DNA of 46,546 nucleotides from Phycisphaerales bacterium (GCA_018645065.1 JABGPF010000005.1:1-46546); one strand, 5' to 3'. Shown: positions 33,756 to 41,877, counted from the stretch's first letter. Notes: generated by a model from the sequence alone, not told the origin. Numbers and translations: made by a program.

Positions 33756-34493
33756 ATGCCTCACGAACAGATGACCGCTTCGCAGGTCGCAACGTATCTT
33801 GCAATGGACATGCGCGACGTGATAAAGATAGCCTCTCGCGATCAGATCCCCTGCCAGAAGATCGGCGGCGACAAGGCTCCCAGGGATCGCTACCGGTTCA
33901 TTAAAAGCGATATCGATCATTGGGTTGAGAATCAGGTGCACACCCTTGACCGCGAGCGACTCTCGGGCATTTCCAAGGGCGTGAGCGAGCATCACGGTCT
34001 GGATTCCGATGGCATGATTCTCTGTTCGCACATTCCCGACGGCGGCTTGGATGTTCCGATGCACGCGCGGACCCGCGAAGCCACTATCCGCGAACTGGTC
34101 GATGTCGCCGATCGTGCGGGCATGGTCTACCTGAGGGCCGAACTTATCGAAGAAATTCGCCAGCGCGAGGAAATGTGCTCGACGGCGCTTATACCCGGAG
34201 TCGCCATGCCGCACCCGCGTCACCCGGTGGAATACGATATTGCAGACAGTTTTGTAGTTGTCGGCCTGACCCATTCGGGCATCCCGTTCGGCGCCCCTGA
34301 CGGATCGCTGACCCGCCTGTTTTTCCTGGTGTGCTGCAAAGATGAACGCACCCATTTGCACCTGCTGGCGCGGCTGGCGCAGATGCTCCACACGCCCGGG
34401 GTTATGGACGAACTGTTGCACGCAGACAACCCCGAAGAACTCCTGGACGCTTTGAAGAAGTGCGAAGAAAAGATTGTCCGCGATGAACAATAA
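33756..34493 (+). CDS. Fusion of an excisionase/MerR-like HTH with a PTS EIIA type-2 (PtsN-like) domain
   Basis: The N-terminal HTH is MTASQVATYLAMDMRDVIKIASRDQIPCQKIGG. The EIIA-2 domain has the phosphorylatable His context GVAMPHPRHP and the FFLVCC...HLHLLARLAQML block. Confidence 0.8.
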   Translation: MPHEQMTASQVATYLAMDMRDVIKIASRDQIPCQKIGGDKAPRDRYRFIKSDIDHWVENQVHTLDRERLSGISKGVSEHHGLDSDGMILCSHIPDGGLDVPMHARTREATIRELVDVADRAGMVYLRAELIEEIRQREEMCSTALIPGVAMPHPRHPVEYDIADSFVVVGLTHSGIPFGAPDGSLTRLFFLVCCKDERTHLHLLARLAQMLHTPGVMDELLHADNPEELLDALKKCEEKIVRDEQ

Positions 34494-34511
34494 ATAATAA
34501 AAGTGGGTTGA

Positions 34512-35447
34512 GTGAAGAACGATAACGATAATTTGTTCGATGCTGATTTCCTGGCCAGGCTCGAACGCCTGCACCTGATCGCCAAGCGTATGTCCGGCGG
34601 ATCGCTCGGTGGGACCAGGCGTTCCAGGCGCCTGGGCGACGGGCTGGAATTCGCCGATCATCGCGATTATGCATCAGGCGACGACACGCGATTTATCGAT
34701 TGGCCTTACTACGCTCGGATGGAAAAACTGCTGATCCGACTGTTCCACGAGCATAGTGAATCGACCGTGGTGATTGCGCTGGACTGTTCAGGGTCGATGG
34801 CGCCGGGCGGGGCGATGGAGAAATTCAACTACGCTCGTCGCACGGCCGCTGCTTTAACATATGTTGCGATGGGGGCGTTGGATCGAGTGACTCTGGTTGC
34901 TTTCGGCGGCCAGACCGGATCGCGCGACGCGTTTGACGCGGGCAGAAATCGCGGGCGAATTATGGGCGTGCTGGACTATCTCAGAGCATTGGCGCCGGGC
35001 GGGACGACGGATCTGGCTGGCAGTATGAAAAACTTGTCGAACCTCGCAGGCGGCGCCGGCGGGACCGCTGGTACGGTGCTATTGATATCCGATCTGCTGG
35101 ATTGTCCGCAACAGTTGGACGAATCGCTGGGGCGCCTTGGGGTGTCTGATCTCGCGGGGCGGAGAGACATCGCGGTAATTCACCTGTTCAACCAACAGGA
35201 CGCCGGTCTCGAAACGCCCGCCAAGGGCCCGGTGATCTTTCAGCACGCCGAAACGCAGCAGCGAATGTCGTTGTGGTTGACCGACGAACTGATGGAGGCA
35301 TACCGCGATAAGTGGGCGCAGTTCCAGAAACGTTGTGGTAAAATATGCGTATCTCGCGGGGCGGTGTACGTTTCGGCTTGTACGGAGATTCCGTTTGAGA
35401 AATTAATTTTGACCACCCTGAAGCGAGCCGGCGTGCTGGCTCCTTAG
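34512..35447 (+). CDS. DUF58 domain protein (vWA-like, MoxR-associated family)
   Basis: The sequence has LGDGLEFADHRDYASGDDTRFIDWPYYARMEKLLIRLF followed by the vWA-type VIALDCSGSM. Confidence 0.85.
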   Translation: MKNDNDNLFDADFLARLERLHLIAKRMSGGSLGGTRRSRRLGDGLEFADHRDYASGDDTRFIDWPYYARMEKLLIRLFHEHSESTVVIALDCSGSMAPGGAMEKFNYARRTAAALTYVAMGALDRVTLVAFGGQTGSRDAFDAGRNRGRIMGVLDYLRALAPGGTTDLAGSMKNLSNLAGGAGGTAGTVLLISDLLDCPQQLDESLGRLGVSDLAGRRDIAVIHLFNQQDAGLETPAKGPVIFQHAETQQRMSLWLTDELMEAYRDKWAQFQKRCGKICVSRGAVYVSACTEIPFEKLILTTLKRAGVLAP

Positions 35448-35457
35448 CCCAGAGGTA

Positions 35458-36594
35458 TTGAACATGCCAATATCGAAACTAATAATTCCATTCCTCATAG
35501 TGGCGCTTTTGCTTTGGGGCGGTTTGTTTTTTATGGGTCCTGAACTGGCTGAGCGGCTTTCGTACGCCAGCGAAAAGGGGCGCCAGCAAGCGATCACCGA
35601 GAACTTTCCCACGCTGAAACAGGCTGACGGACTTTCAGTGTTGCTCAGGGAAGTTGTGCGAACGGTGAAACCCGCGGTGGTCGAAATCCGTGTTTCCAGA
35701 AAAACCAGGTCGCCCCGTTCGATACGGTTTTCCACAGGCGACGGAGGATCAGTTGGCAGCGGGGTGATTATCGATAGCGAAAACGGGTACGTAGTGACTA
35801 ACGAGCACGTGGTTCGCGCGCCGGACGACGTGAAAGTTATACTTGCCGACGGGCGCGAACTCGGCGCCGAGTGGGTCCGTTCCGACTGGATGGTCGATTT
35901 GGCGGTGATCAAGGTGTCGCCTGAGCGGCTTTTGCAAATTCCGATGGGAGACAGCAGTAAGATCGAGGTCGGGGATCATGTTCTCGCAGTCGGATCGCCT
36001 ATGAAATTGCCCCAGACCGTCACGTTTGGCCGGATATCAGCCAAGGGGCGAATGATCGGCCGATCGGCGAAGTATCAGAAATTCTTGCAGACCGATGCAG
36101 CCATTAATCAGGGTAATTCCGGCGGGCCGTTGATAAACATGTCCGGTGAGATAATCGGTATCAACACTGCTATTGTCTCGGACTCCGGTACGAATGCAGG
36201 GTTGGGAATGTCGATTCCCTCGAACATTGTTAAGCGTGTGGTCAAGCAGTTGATCGAGGGCGGAAAGGCGATACGCGGTTTCATCGGCCTGGGGTTCAGA
36301 CCTGTCGACGCAAAGATCGCTGCTGAGTTGCGCCTGCCCGACACCAAGGGCGCACTGGTTGAAATAGTCGTTATCGACGGACCGGCCGACGTTGCGGGTA
36401 TCGAGGCCCATGACTTTATAGTTTCCATCGGCGATAAGCCCATCGCCAACAGCCAGGAATTGCGGCACATAGTGGCTGATATTGCACCGGGAACGACCGT
36501 GCCAGTAGAACTCTACCGGGACGGGGAACTACAGATACTATCAGTTAAAATAGCCGTCCAACCAGAAAATCTCTTCAGAACACCAAGACCGTAA
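35458..36594 (+). CDS. HtrA/DegP-family (S1C) serine protease with one PDZ domain
   Basis: The His context is VVTNEHVV, the Asp context is DLAVIKV and the Ser context is GNSGGPLINMSGEIIGINTAI. A PDZ domain lies at the C-terminus, and a signal-anchor at the N-terminus. The start is TTG 35458 or ATG 35464. Confidence 0.88.
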   Translation: MNMPISKLIIPFLIVALLLWGGLFFMGPELAERLSYASEKGRQQAITENFPTLKQADGLSVLLREVVRTVKPAVVEIRVSRKTRSPRSIRFSTGDGGSVGSGVIIDSENGYVVTNEHVVRAPDDVKVILADGRELGAEWVRSDWMVDLAVIKVSPERLLQIPMGDSSKIEVGDHVLAVGSPMKLPQTVTFGRISAKGRMIGRSAKYQKFLQTDAAINQGNSGGPLINMSGEIIGINTAIVSDSGTNAGLGMSIPSNIVKRVVKQLIEGGKAIRGFIGLGFRPVDAKIAAELRLPDTKGALVEIVVIDGPADVAGIEAHDFIVSIGDKPIANSQELRHIVADIAPGTTVPVELYRDGELQILSVKIAVQPENLFRTPRP

Positions 36595-36599
36595 TTATA

Positions 36600-36771
36600 T
36601 TTGGGATTTGGAATTTGACGACAACGACAAACGACAACGCCAGCAATGTGACGTGATGCTAATCGACGCTTCGCATTCCCGTTTAGCGGGCGACAGTATG
36701 TCGGCCCTCATCACGACAAAGTCGTGACGCCGTTCGCCGTTTCAATTTGCTGTTCAATTCCAAATCCCAAA
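36600..36771. mobile_element. 172-bp MITE-like element with perfect 16-bp terminal inverted repeats (copy B); no transposase in the window
   Basis: TIR-L is tttgggatttggaatt (36600-36615). TIR-R is aattccaaatcccaaa (36756-36771), its exact reverse complement. The interior has a GACRAC short-period tract and a 65-nt core (36666-36730) with hairpins cgaca-gta-tgtcg and tcacgac-aaa-gtcgtga. The core recurs inverted at 22076-22140. No target-site duplication is evident. Confidence 0.6.
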
Positions 36772-36772
36772 C

Positions 36773-36803
36773 CGTGCCTACCGGCAGGCAGGTCCCAAAT
36801 TAA
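36773..36803 (+). repeat. GC-rich hairpin module 'P', second copy
   Basis: cgtgcctaccggcaggcaggtcccaaatt matches 22187-22215 at 27 of 29 positions in the same orientation. Here the palindrome carries 2 mismatches. Confidence 0.7.
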
Positions 36804-36848
36804 GATTCCACGCCGTTCCCCTTTTCTTATGGAACGGGTATTTGTGCT

Positions 36849-36857
36849 TGGTATAAT
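36849..36857 (+). promoter_or_regulatory. Extended -10 promoter element (TGgTATAAT) upstream of hsp20
   Basis: tggtataat was read directly, about 90 nt upstream of the hsp20 ATG. No good -35 is present, which is acceptable for extended -10 promoters. Perfect TATAAT hexamers also precede several other genes in this window. Confidence 0.4.
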
Positions 36858-36945
36858 GAATTAGGTAGTTGTTCGTGAACCATTTATGTTATGGGAAGTT
36901 CATTTGTCGCTGCTTTCGATAAATGTAATAAAGGACTGATCTATT

Positions 36946-37374
36946 ATGGCGTCAATGACTATGCAGGCATCTCACGATGAATCGGGCGATATGTTCAAAC
37001 CGACCAGCGGTCCAGTTAGCAAATGGGGCGATAAGGTGATGGAGGGCGGATACCATCACTATTGTTCCGGGCAAAGCTGGTCGCCGGCGATGAACGTATA
37101 CGAAAGTCCGGAGCAGTACACCCTTGTGGTGGACCTCGCCGGTCTTTGCGGTGAAGATATCGAACTGGAAACCGATGAGGGAATTCTTCGGCTCAGCGGG
37201 AAACGGGACATGCCGAATCCGCCAGTGGCGGCGGACATGGTGAAAATACGCATCATGGAAATCGATACCGGATGGTTCTGCCGGGCAATCGAGCTACCGG
37301 ACGATGCTGATGATGAAAATATCCGCGCGACTTATCGAGGCGGGTTTCTCTGGGTCGTAATACCCAGGAAGTAA
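36946..37374 (+). CDS. Hsp20/alpha-crystallin family small heat-shock protein
   Basis: The alpha-crystallin domain pattern is WSPAMNVYESPEQYTLVVDLAGLCGEDIELETDEGILRLSGKR...FCRAIELPDDADDENIRATYRGGFLWVVIP. Confidence 0.88.
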   Translation: MASMTMQASHDESGDMFKPTSGPVSKWGDKVMEGGYHHYCSGQSWSPAMNVYESPEQYTLVVDLAGLCGEDIELETDEGILRLSGKRDMPNPPVAADMVKIRIMEIDTGWFCRAIELPDDADDENIRATYRGGFLWVVIPRK

Positions 37375-37452
37375 CTCTCGATTCCAGAGGCGAGAGTCGG
37401 CGGGGGCTTACAAGCAATATTACACGCTTATCAGTAAAGGCGTAATGACGTT

Positions 37453-39960
37453 ATGGCTCGAAAAAGAAAACAAAACGATAAACAGGCGATCAGCAAAGTA
37501 GTTACCGATGACGAGCCGGAAATAGTTCTGGAACCCACTGCGACAGGCACGCGAGAATCTAACCGCGAGTCCGGACCGGAAATCCCGCCCGAAGCCGCCG
37601 TGCTAACCGTCAGGAATATGGTCCTCTTCCCGGGCACCGTGATCCCGCTTTCGGTAGGACGGGCCAAGTCACTGAGCCTGATAGAAACCGTATTGCCCGA
37701 AAAGAAGGTTATTGTCACCGTCTGCCAAAAGGACCCCGACCAGGATGACCCGGGCGTTGACGATCTATACCAGATCGGGACCGCGGTGCTTGTGGTGAAA
37801 CTGCTGCGAGTAGACCCCGACACGCTCAGTGCTATCGTACACGCGATAGGGCGAGTGAAAATCGACAAGTGGACGCAAACCGAACCGTTCTTCCGCGCGG
37901 AAATCACGCCGATACAGGATACTTTTGTCCCGACAACCAAAACCAAAGCATTAGAGTTCAACGCTCGCAATCTGGCGTCGAAAGTTATTGAACTATCGCC
38001 AGTTATTCCGGACGAAGCGGCGATGGTGCTCTCGAATATCGAATACCCCGGCGCACTTGCCGATTTCCTCGGCGCCAACCTTCAGCTTGACTTGAACTTC
38101 AGGCAGCAGTTGCTGGAGCAACACGACGTTGCAAAACGCCTCGACGACGTGGGCGCAGCTATGCAGAAGCAACTTGAAGTACTCGAACTTTCACAGGATA
38201 TTCAAAATCGAGTCAGGGACAGTATCGACAAAAGCCAGCGACGATATTACCTCCAGGAACAACTCAAAGAGATACAAAAAGAACTCGGCCAGGACGACGA
38301 TCAATCGATCGAAGTGGAGGAGCTTCGCGAGAAAGTAGAACTCGCAGGCATGCCCGAACCGGTCAAGGCCGAGGCGGTGAAGGAACTCAATCGTCTGGAG
38401 CGAATTCCCTCGGCCAGTCCGGAATATAATATGATCAGGACATATATGGACTGGATGGTCGAATTGCCCTGGTCGGCTTCTACGCCCGATAATCTGAACA
38501 TTAATCGAGCAAAACGCGTTTTGAACCAGGATCATTACGATCTGGAAAAGGTCAAGCGGCGCATACTTGAATATCTGGCGGTTCGCAAACTGGCTCCGCA
38601 TTCGCGAGGCCCGATCCTATGCTTTGTCGGACCGCCCGGGGTGGGCAAAACTTCACTGGGCCGCTCCATCGCGCGAGCGCTGGGCAGAGAGTTTATCAGG
38701 ATGAGCCTTGGTGGAATGCGGGACGAAGCCGAGCTCAGAGGCCATCGGCGAACTTACATCGGAGCCATGCCGGGGCGGATCATACAGGAAATAAAAAAGG
38801 CCGGCGCCAACAATCCGGTGTTCATGCTCGACGAATTGGACAAGGTCGGGACGGACTTCCGCGGAGACCCGACCTCGGCGCTGCTGGAGATACTTGACCC
38901 GGCGCAGAACTATTCGTTCCAGGATCATTATCTTAACACGCCGTTCGATTTGTCGAACGTGATGTTTATTGCGACGGCGAACTATATGGAGCCCGTACCG
39001 GCGGCGCTGAGAGATCGCATGGAGGTTATCGAACTGTCGGGATACACGCCCGGGGACAAAATGCACATTGCTGAAAAATACCTCGTTCCCAGGCAGCTTA
39101 TCGAGAATGGCCTGCAAAAAGAAACGACGGTTAAGCCCGCCAAAAAAGGCGGGAAACGCAAGAAAACCGTTAGTCTGCTGAAATGGACTGCCCCCGCGCT
39201 GCGAACCATAATACGCAGCTACACCAGAGAGACGGGGGTGAGAGAGCTTGAACGGAAGATCGGTTCGGTTTGTCGGGCGGTGGCTGCGAAAGTGGCTTCG
39301 GGCAAGGCTCCGGACAATAAGGCGACAACCGTGACCGCTGGGTTGGTTGCTGAGATTCTTGGTCCGCCGATGTATATCAGCGAAGTGGCGTTGCGGGCTT
39401 CGTCGGCCAATCTTACCGGTGTTGTCACGGCGCTGGCCTATACGCCGGTGGGGGGCGACATCCTGTTCATCGAGGCCGCCGGTTACAAATCCAGCGGATC
39501 CGACGGTGGTCTCACGCTTACCGGTCATATTGGCGATGTCATGAAGGAATCGGCGATGGCGGCGCTTACCGTGATAAAATCCAACGCCGAGAAGTTTTCG
39601 ATATATCCGGAAAAAATAGCCAAAACCGCCATTCACGTACACGTGCCGGCCGGCGCGGTGCCCAAGGATGGACCATCGGCGGGGGCTGCGATATGCACAG
39701 CTCTTGTCAGCATGTTAACCGGAAGGCCCGTTAAATACCGCATCGCCATGACAGGCGAAATAACGTTGCGCGGGTTGATTCTCCCGATAGGCGGAGTGAA
39801 GCAGAAGGTTCTCGCCGCCAAGCTTGCGGGCATAAAAACGGTGATACTTCCCGAGCGAAACCGCAAGGACATGGTTGACGTTCCCGCTGAGGCTCGCGAA
39901 GGGATGAAATTTGAATTTGTCGAGAATATCGATCAGGTTCTGACTATTGCGTTGCGATAG
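37453..39960 (+). CDS. lon: ATP-dependent endopeptidase La (Lon protease)
   Basis: The Lon N-domain is [20 protein letters not shown]. Walker A is [15 protein letters not shown] and Walker B is VFMLDELDK. The protease Ser is in [16 protein letters not shown] and the Lys context is [19 protein letters not shown]. Confidence 0.95.
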   Translation: MARKRKQNDKQAISKVVTDDEPEIVLEPTATGTRESNRESGPEIPPEAAVLTVRNMVLFPGTVIPLSVGRAKSLSLIETVLPEKKVIVTVCQKDPDQDDPGVDDLYQIGTAVLVVKLLRVDPDTLSAIVHAIGRVKIDKWTQTEPFFRAEITPIQDTFVPTTKTKALEFNARNLASKVIELSPVIPDEAAMVLSNIEYPGALADFLGANLQLDLNFRQQLLEQHDVAKRLDDVGAAMQKQLEVLELSQDIQNRVRDSIDKSQRRYYLQEQLKEIQKELGQDDDQSIEVEELREKVELAGMPEPVKAEAVKELNRLERIPSASPEYNMIRTYMDWMVELPWSASTPDNLNINRAKRVLNQDHYDLEKVKRRILEYLAVRKLAPHSRGPILCFVGPPGVGKTSLGRSIARALGREFIRMSLGGMRDEAELRGHRRTYIGAMPGRIIQEIKKAGANNPVFMLDELDKVGTDFRGDPTSALLEILDPAQNYSFQDHYLNTPFDLSNVMFIATANYMEPVPAALRDRMEVIELSGYTPGDKMHIAEKYLVPRQLIENGLQKETTVKPAKKGGKRKKTVSLLKWTAPALRTIIRSYTRETGVRELERKIGSVCRAVAAKVASGKAPDNKATTVTAGLVAEILGPPMYISEVALRASSANLTGVVTALAYTPVGGDILFIEAAGYKSSGSDGGLTLTGHIGDVMKESAMAALTVIKSNAEKFSIYPEKIAKTAIHVHVPAGAVPKDGPSAGAAICTALVSMLTGRPVKYRIAMTGEITLRGLILPIGGVKQKVLAAKLAGIKTVILPERNRKDMVDVPAEAREGMKFEFVENIDQVLTIALR

Positions 39961-39987
39961 GCTTGGTGACGGGTGTATTGGTCGCGG

Positions 39988-40011
39988 TTTTTTTTTTTTT
40001 GCAAAAAAAAA
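39988..40011. repeat. Homopolymer palindrome T13-GC-A9
   Basis: Read directly as tttttttttttttgcaaaaaaaaa, 28 nt after the lon stop. Confidence 0.9.
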
Positions 40012-40047
40012 TAAAAGATAGGATTGTGTCGCACGCAAATAGTTATG

Positions 40048-40053
40048 TATAAT
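40048..40053 (+). promoter_or_regulatory. Orphan TATAAT -10 hexamer, with possible -35 TTGTGT at 40024-40029 and an 18-nt spacer
   Basis: Read directly as tatgtataatga in the lon-yggS intergenic region. No ORF follows it. A strong terminator lies about 75-140 nt downstream. Confidence 0.35.
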
Positions 40054-40059
40054 GACTTC

Positions 40060-40189
40060 GGTGGTCAAATTGCTTTGATTGTTTCTTGAAAAGCTTTTGA
40101 TCGCTCGGATTCGTCCGGTACATGGGCGACAGGCAAATAGTGATGCGTCTCCCCCCGCGCATTGCACCGTCTGTCGCCCACTTTTTTTT
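40060..40189 (+). ncRNA. Candidate small RNA or 5' leader (about 130 nt) bounded by an orphan promoter and an intrinsic terminator
   Basis: The predicted transcript contains tgac[ttcggtg]gtca, the 10-bp palindrome aaaagctttt and a cgga-UUCG-tccg tetraloop hairpin. It ends in the 40124-40189 terminator hairpin. I recognised no known RNA family (not SRP, RNase P or tmRNA by motif). Confidence 0.35.
40124..40189 (+). terminator. Rho-independent terminator (long hairpin plus T8)
   Basis: The 9-bp outer stem is gggcgacag/ctgtcgccc (40124-40132 with 40171-40179). Inner pairings are gcaa/ttgc and atgcg/cgcat. The hairpin is followed by ac and then tttttttt (40182-40189). The T-run is on the plus strand only. 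Confidence 0.65.
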
Positions 40190-40419
40190 ACCAACTATAT
40201 TTGGCCCCAAACAACGGGCTCTGCTACTGCCCTCAGTTGCGTCGAAAACGGTCGCAAGGCTAGGCAAGCCTGTAGTTGGATGCTCAGAGATAAAACAGCT
40301 CCAGGAACGCCCAGTTGCATGTCTGCATGGTGGTTTTGTGCGTTTTGTACATCTAAAAGTGCTGTATGGGACTCAAAGAACTTGCTCGGGGGGATTGTTC
40401 GTGGTATGTTTGCTCGTAC

Positions 40420-41145
40420 ATGGCTGTAACAGTAAATAAAATCACGAAGAACCTCACGCGAATCAGGCGAGATATATTCGACGCTTGCCAGCGCACCGGG
40501 CGATCGCCCGAGGCGGTGGAGGTGGTCGCAGTTACTAAGAGCGTAGATATCGACACGATCAAAAACTGCATGAAGGCCGGCTTGACCAATCTCGGTGAGT
40601 CGCGTCCGCAACAACTCGCAGAACGATTCTCGCAGATCGACGAATATCTCTACGGGCGTCGTAAGACTGATCCGGTGAGCGTTAAGTGGCATATGGTGGG
40701 GCACCTTCAGCGCAACAAGGTCAAGCAGACTCTGGTGGCTGCCGATGTGATCCATTCGGTCGATTCGTTGCGGTTGGCTGAAGAGATTTCACAACGCGCC
40801 GAAGCTGATGAGCGTGTCGTAGATGTGATGCTGCAGGTCAATTGCTCCCAGGAAGCCCAGAAATTCGGATGCGCTGTCGGGGCGGCGACCCATCTTGGCG
40901 AGATGATATGCTCGATGCGATCGCTGAAGCTAACCGGTCTGATGACTATGGGGCCGACTAACGGTGATCCGGAACAAACGCGCCGAACGTTTATTCGCCT
41001 CCGCGAAATATTCGAGGAGATGAAGCACGATAAGATCGGCGGTGACAGCTTCTCGCATCTGTCTATGGGGATGAGCGGCGATTATATTATCGCGGTTGAA
41101 GAGGGCGCCACGATCGTTCGGGTCGGTACGGCGTTGTTCGCCTGA
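40420..41145 (+). CDS. yggS: YggS-family pyridoxal-phosphate homeostasis protein
   Basis: The ATG at 40420 gives 241 aa. The PLP-Lys context is VEVVAVTKSVDIDTIK. Other family blocks are GESRPQQL, WHMVGHLQRNKV, LSMGMSGDY and IVRVGTALF. The track start at 40366 would add 18 non-conserved residues. Confidence 0.88.
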   Translation: MAVTVNKITKNLTRIRRDIFDACQRTGRSPEAVEVVAVTKSVDIDTIKNCMKAGLTNLGESRPQQLAERFSQIDEYLYGRRKTDPVSVKWHMVGHLQRNKVKQTLVAADVIHSVDSLRLAEEISQRAEADERVVDVMLQVNCSQEAQKFGCAVGAATHLGEMICSMRSLKLTGLMTMGPTNGDPEQTRRTFIRLREIFEEMKHDKIGGDSFSHLSMGMSGDYIIAVEEGATIVRVGTALFA

Positions 41146-41664
41146 TCAACTCAATGCGGTGATAATCGCTTTCATGAACGCGGGCAGGTCGTCGGGCTTG
41201 CGAGCGGTGATTAGCTTTCCGTCAACCACGCATTCTTCGTCGACCCACGCGGCGCCGGCGTTTGTAACGTCGTGGCGAATGGCCATGAAGCTTGTGGCAC
41301 GCTTGCCTTGCAGTGCGCCGGTCGAACAGAGCATCCACGGCCCGTGGCAGATCGCCGCTAGAACGATATCTGCGTCTACGCACTGCTGGATGAAGTTCAC
41401 CATCGATTCGTCGCGTCGCATGAAGTCAGGGCACCATCCGCCCGGTACGATAACCGCATCGAAATCTGAGCCTGAAATATCGCCGGCCGACAGATCTGAA
41501 ACGCACGGGTAGCCCAGTTTCGAGGCGTATGCAGTGTTGGCGTCGCTCGCGACGCAGGATACCTGGGCGCCGGCTTCAATCAGGCGGTATAGAGGGTACC
41601 ACACTTCGAGTTCCTGGTACTGCTGATCAAGCATTATCGCGACACGTTTACCTTGAAGTGACAT
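41146..41664 (-). CDS. DJ-1/PfpI family protein (type 1 glutamine amidotransferase-like)
   Basis: The N-terminal block is KRVAIMLDQQYQELEVWYP. The nucleophile elbow is AAICHGPWML, and FDAVIVPGG is present. Its stop abuts the yggS stop with 0 nt between the convergent genes. Confidence 0.88.
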   Translation of the reverse strand: MSLQGKRVAIMLDQQYQELEVWYPLYRLIEAGAQVSCVASDANTAYASKLGYPCVSDLSAGDISGSDFDAVIVPGGWCPDFMRRDESMVNFIQQCVDADIVLAAICHGPWMLCSTGALQGKRATSFMAIRHDVTNAGAAWVDEECVVDGKLITARKPDDLPAFMKAIITALS

Positions 41665-41729
41665 GATACTTTCCTTTGTTTTGCGTTAGCTACCGCAGGC
41701 ATTATATCGTCCTGTGCGGTGATTGCATG

Positions 41730-41752
41730 AAAAAAGCCGCCTTTCGGCGGCT
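41730..41752 (-). terminator. Rho-independent terminator after tRNA-Ala
   Basis: The minus strand reads agccgcc-gaaa-ggcggct followed by tttttt, 8 nt after the tRNA 3' end. Confidence 0.7.
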
Positions 41753-41759
41753 CGTTTCA

Positions 41760-41832
41760 TGGAGCTGAAGGGAATCGAACCCATGACCTATTGATTGCGA
41801 ACCAATCGCTCTCCCAACTGAGCTACAGCCCC
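41760..41832 (-). tRNA. tRNA-Ala (anticodon CGC)
   Basis: I folded the cloverleaf by hand from ggggctgtagctcagttgggagagcgattggttcgcaatcaataggtcatgggttcgattcccttcagctcca. The acceptor stem has 7 bp with the G3:U70 alanine identity pair. The D arm is GCTC/GAGC. The anticodon stem is ATTGG/TCAAT with loop TTCGCAA. The T loop is TTCGATT, with one U-U mismatch in the T stem. CCA is not encoded. Confidence 0.88.
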
Positions 41833-41837
41833 GTCCT

Positions 41838-41870
41838 GTACGTCATAGTACGTCATTGAGTACGTCATTG
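41838..41870. repeat. Three tandem copies of GTACGTCAT (periods 10 and 12 nt) between the tRNA-Ala promoter and the mature 5' end
   Basis: Copies lie at 41838-41846, 41848-41856 and 41860-41868. The last two sit within an exact 12-nt tandem agtacgtcattg. On the tRNA strand the unit reads ATGACGTAC. Confidence 0.8.
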
Positions 41871-41877
41871 AAAAAGC

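Noticed and set aside
33606-34661. 351-aa antisense ORF across the EIIA and DUF58 genes. Similar long antisense or alternative-frame ORFs lie at 38653-39642, 32597-33466, 31796-32500, 10604-11326, 10783-11634, 13124-13837, 17909-18649, 3481-4242, 40195-40755 and 44582-45415.
   Set aside because: Each overlaps a gene with unmistakable conserved motifs (lon, priA, fecR, the ABC ATPase, GH10 and others). Each has Arg/Gly/Pro-skewed composition typical of off-frame translation of GC-rich coding DNA.
36600-36771. Whether the TIR-bounded element encodes a peptide or is an IS
   Set aside because: At 172 bp it is too short, and the interior has no ORF with a start or RBS. I therefore call it MITE-like or REP-like rather than an insertion sequence. 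The absence of a target-site duplication keeps the mobile interpretation tentative.
39961-40011. T13 run as the lon Rho-independent terminator
   Set aside because: The sequence preceding the T-run (gacgggtgtattggtcgcgg) does not form a convincing GC stem. The hairpin-T8 at 40124-40189 is the only canonical terminator in the spacer.
40079-40439. Overlapping ORFs of 116 and 105 aa (plus strand) and 74 and 159 aa (minus strand) in the lon-yggS spacer
   Set aside because: The plus-strand frames run straight through the strong hairpin-T8 terminator. None has an RBS and the compositions are off-type. An RNA-level explanation fits better.
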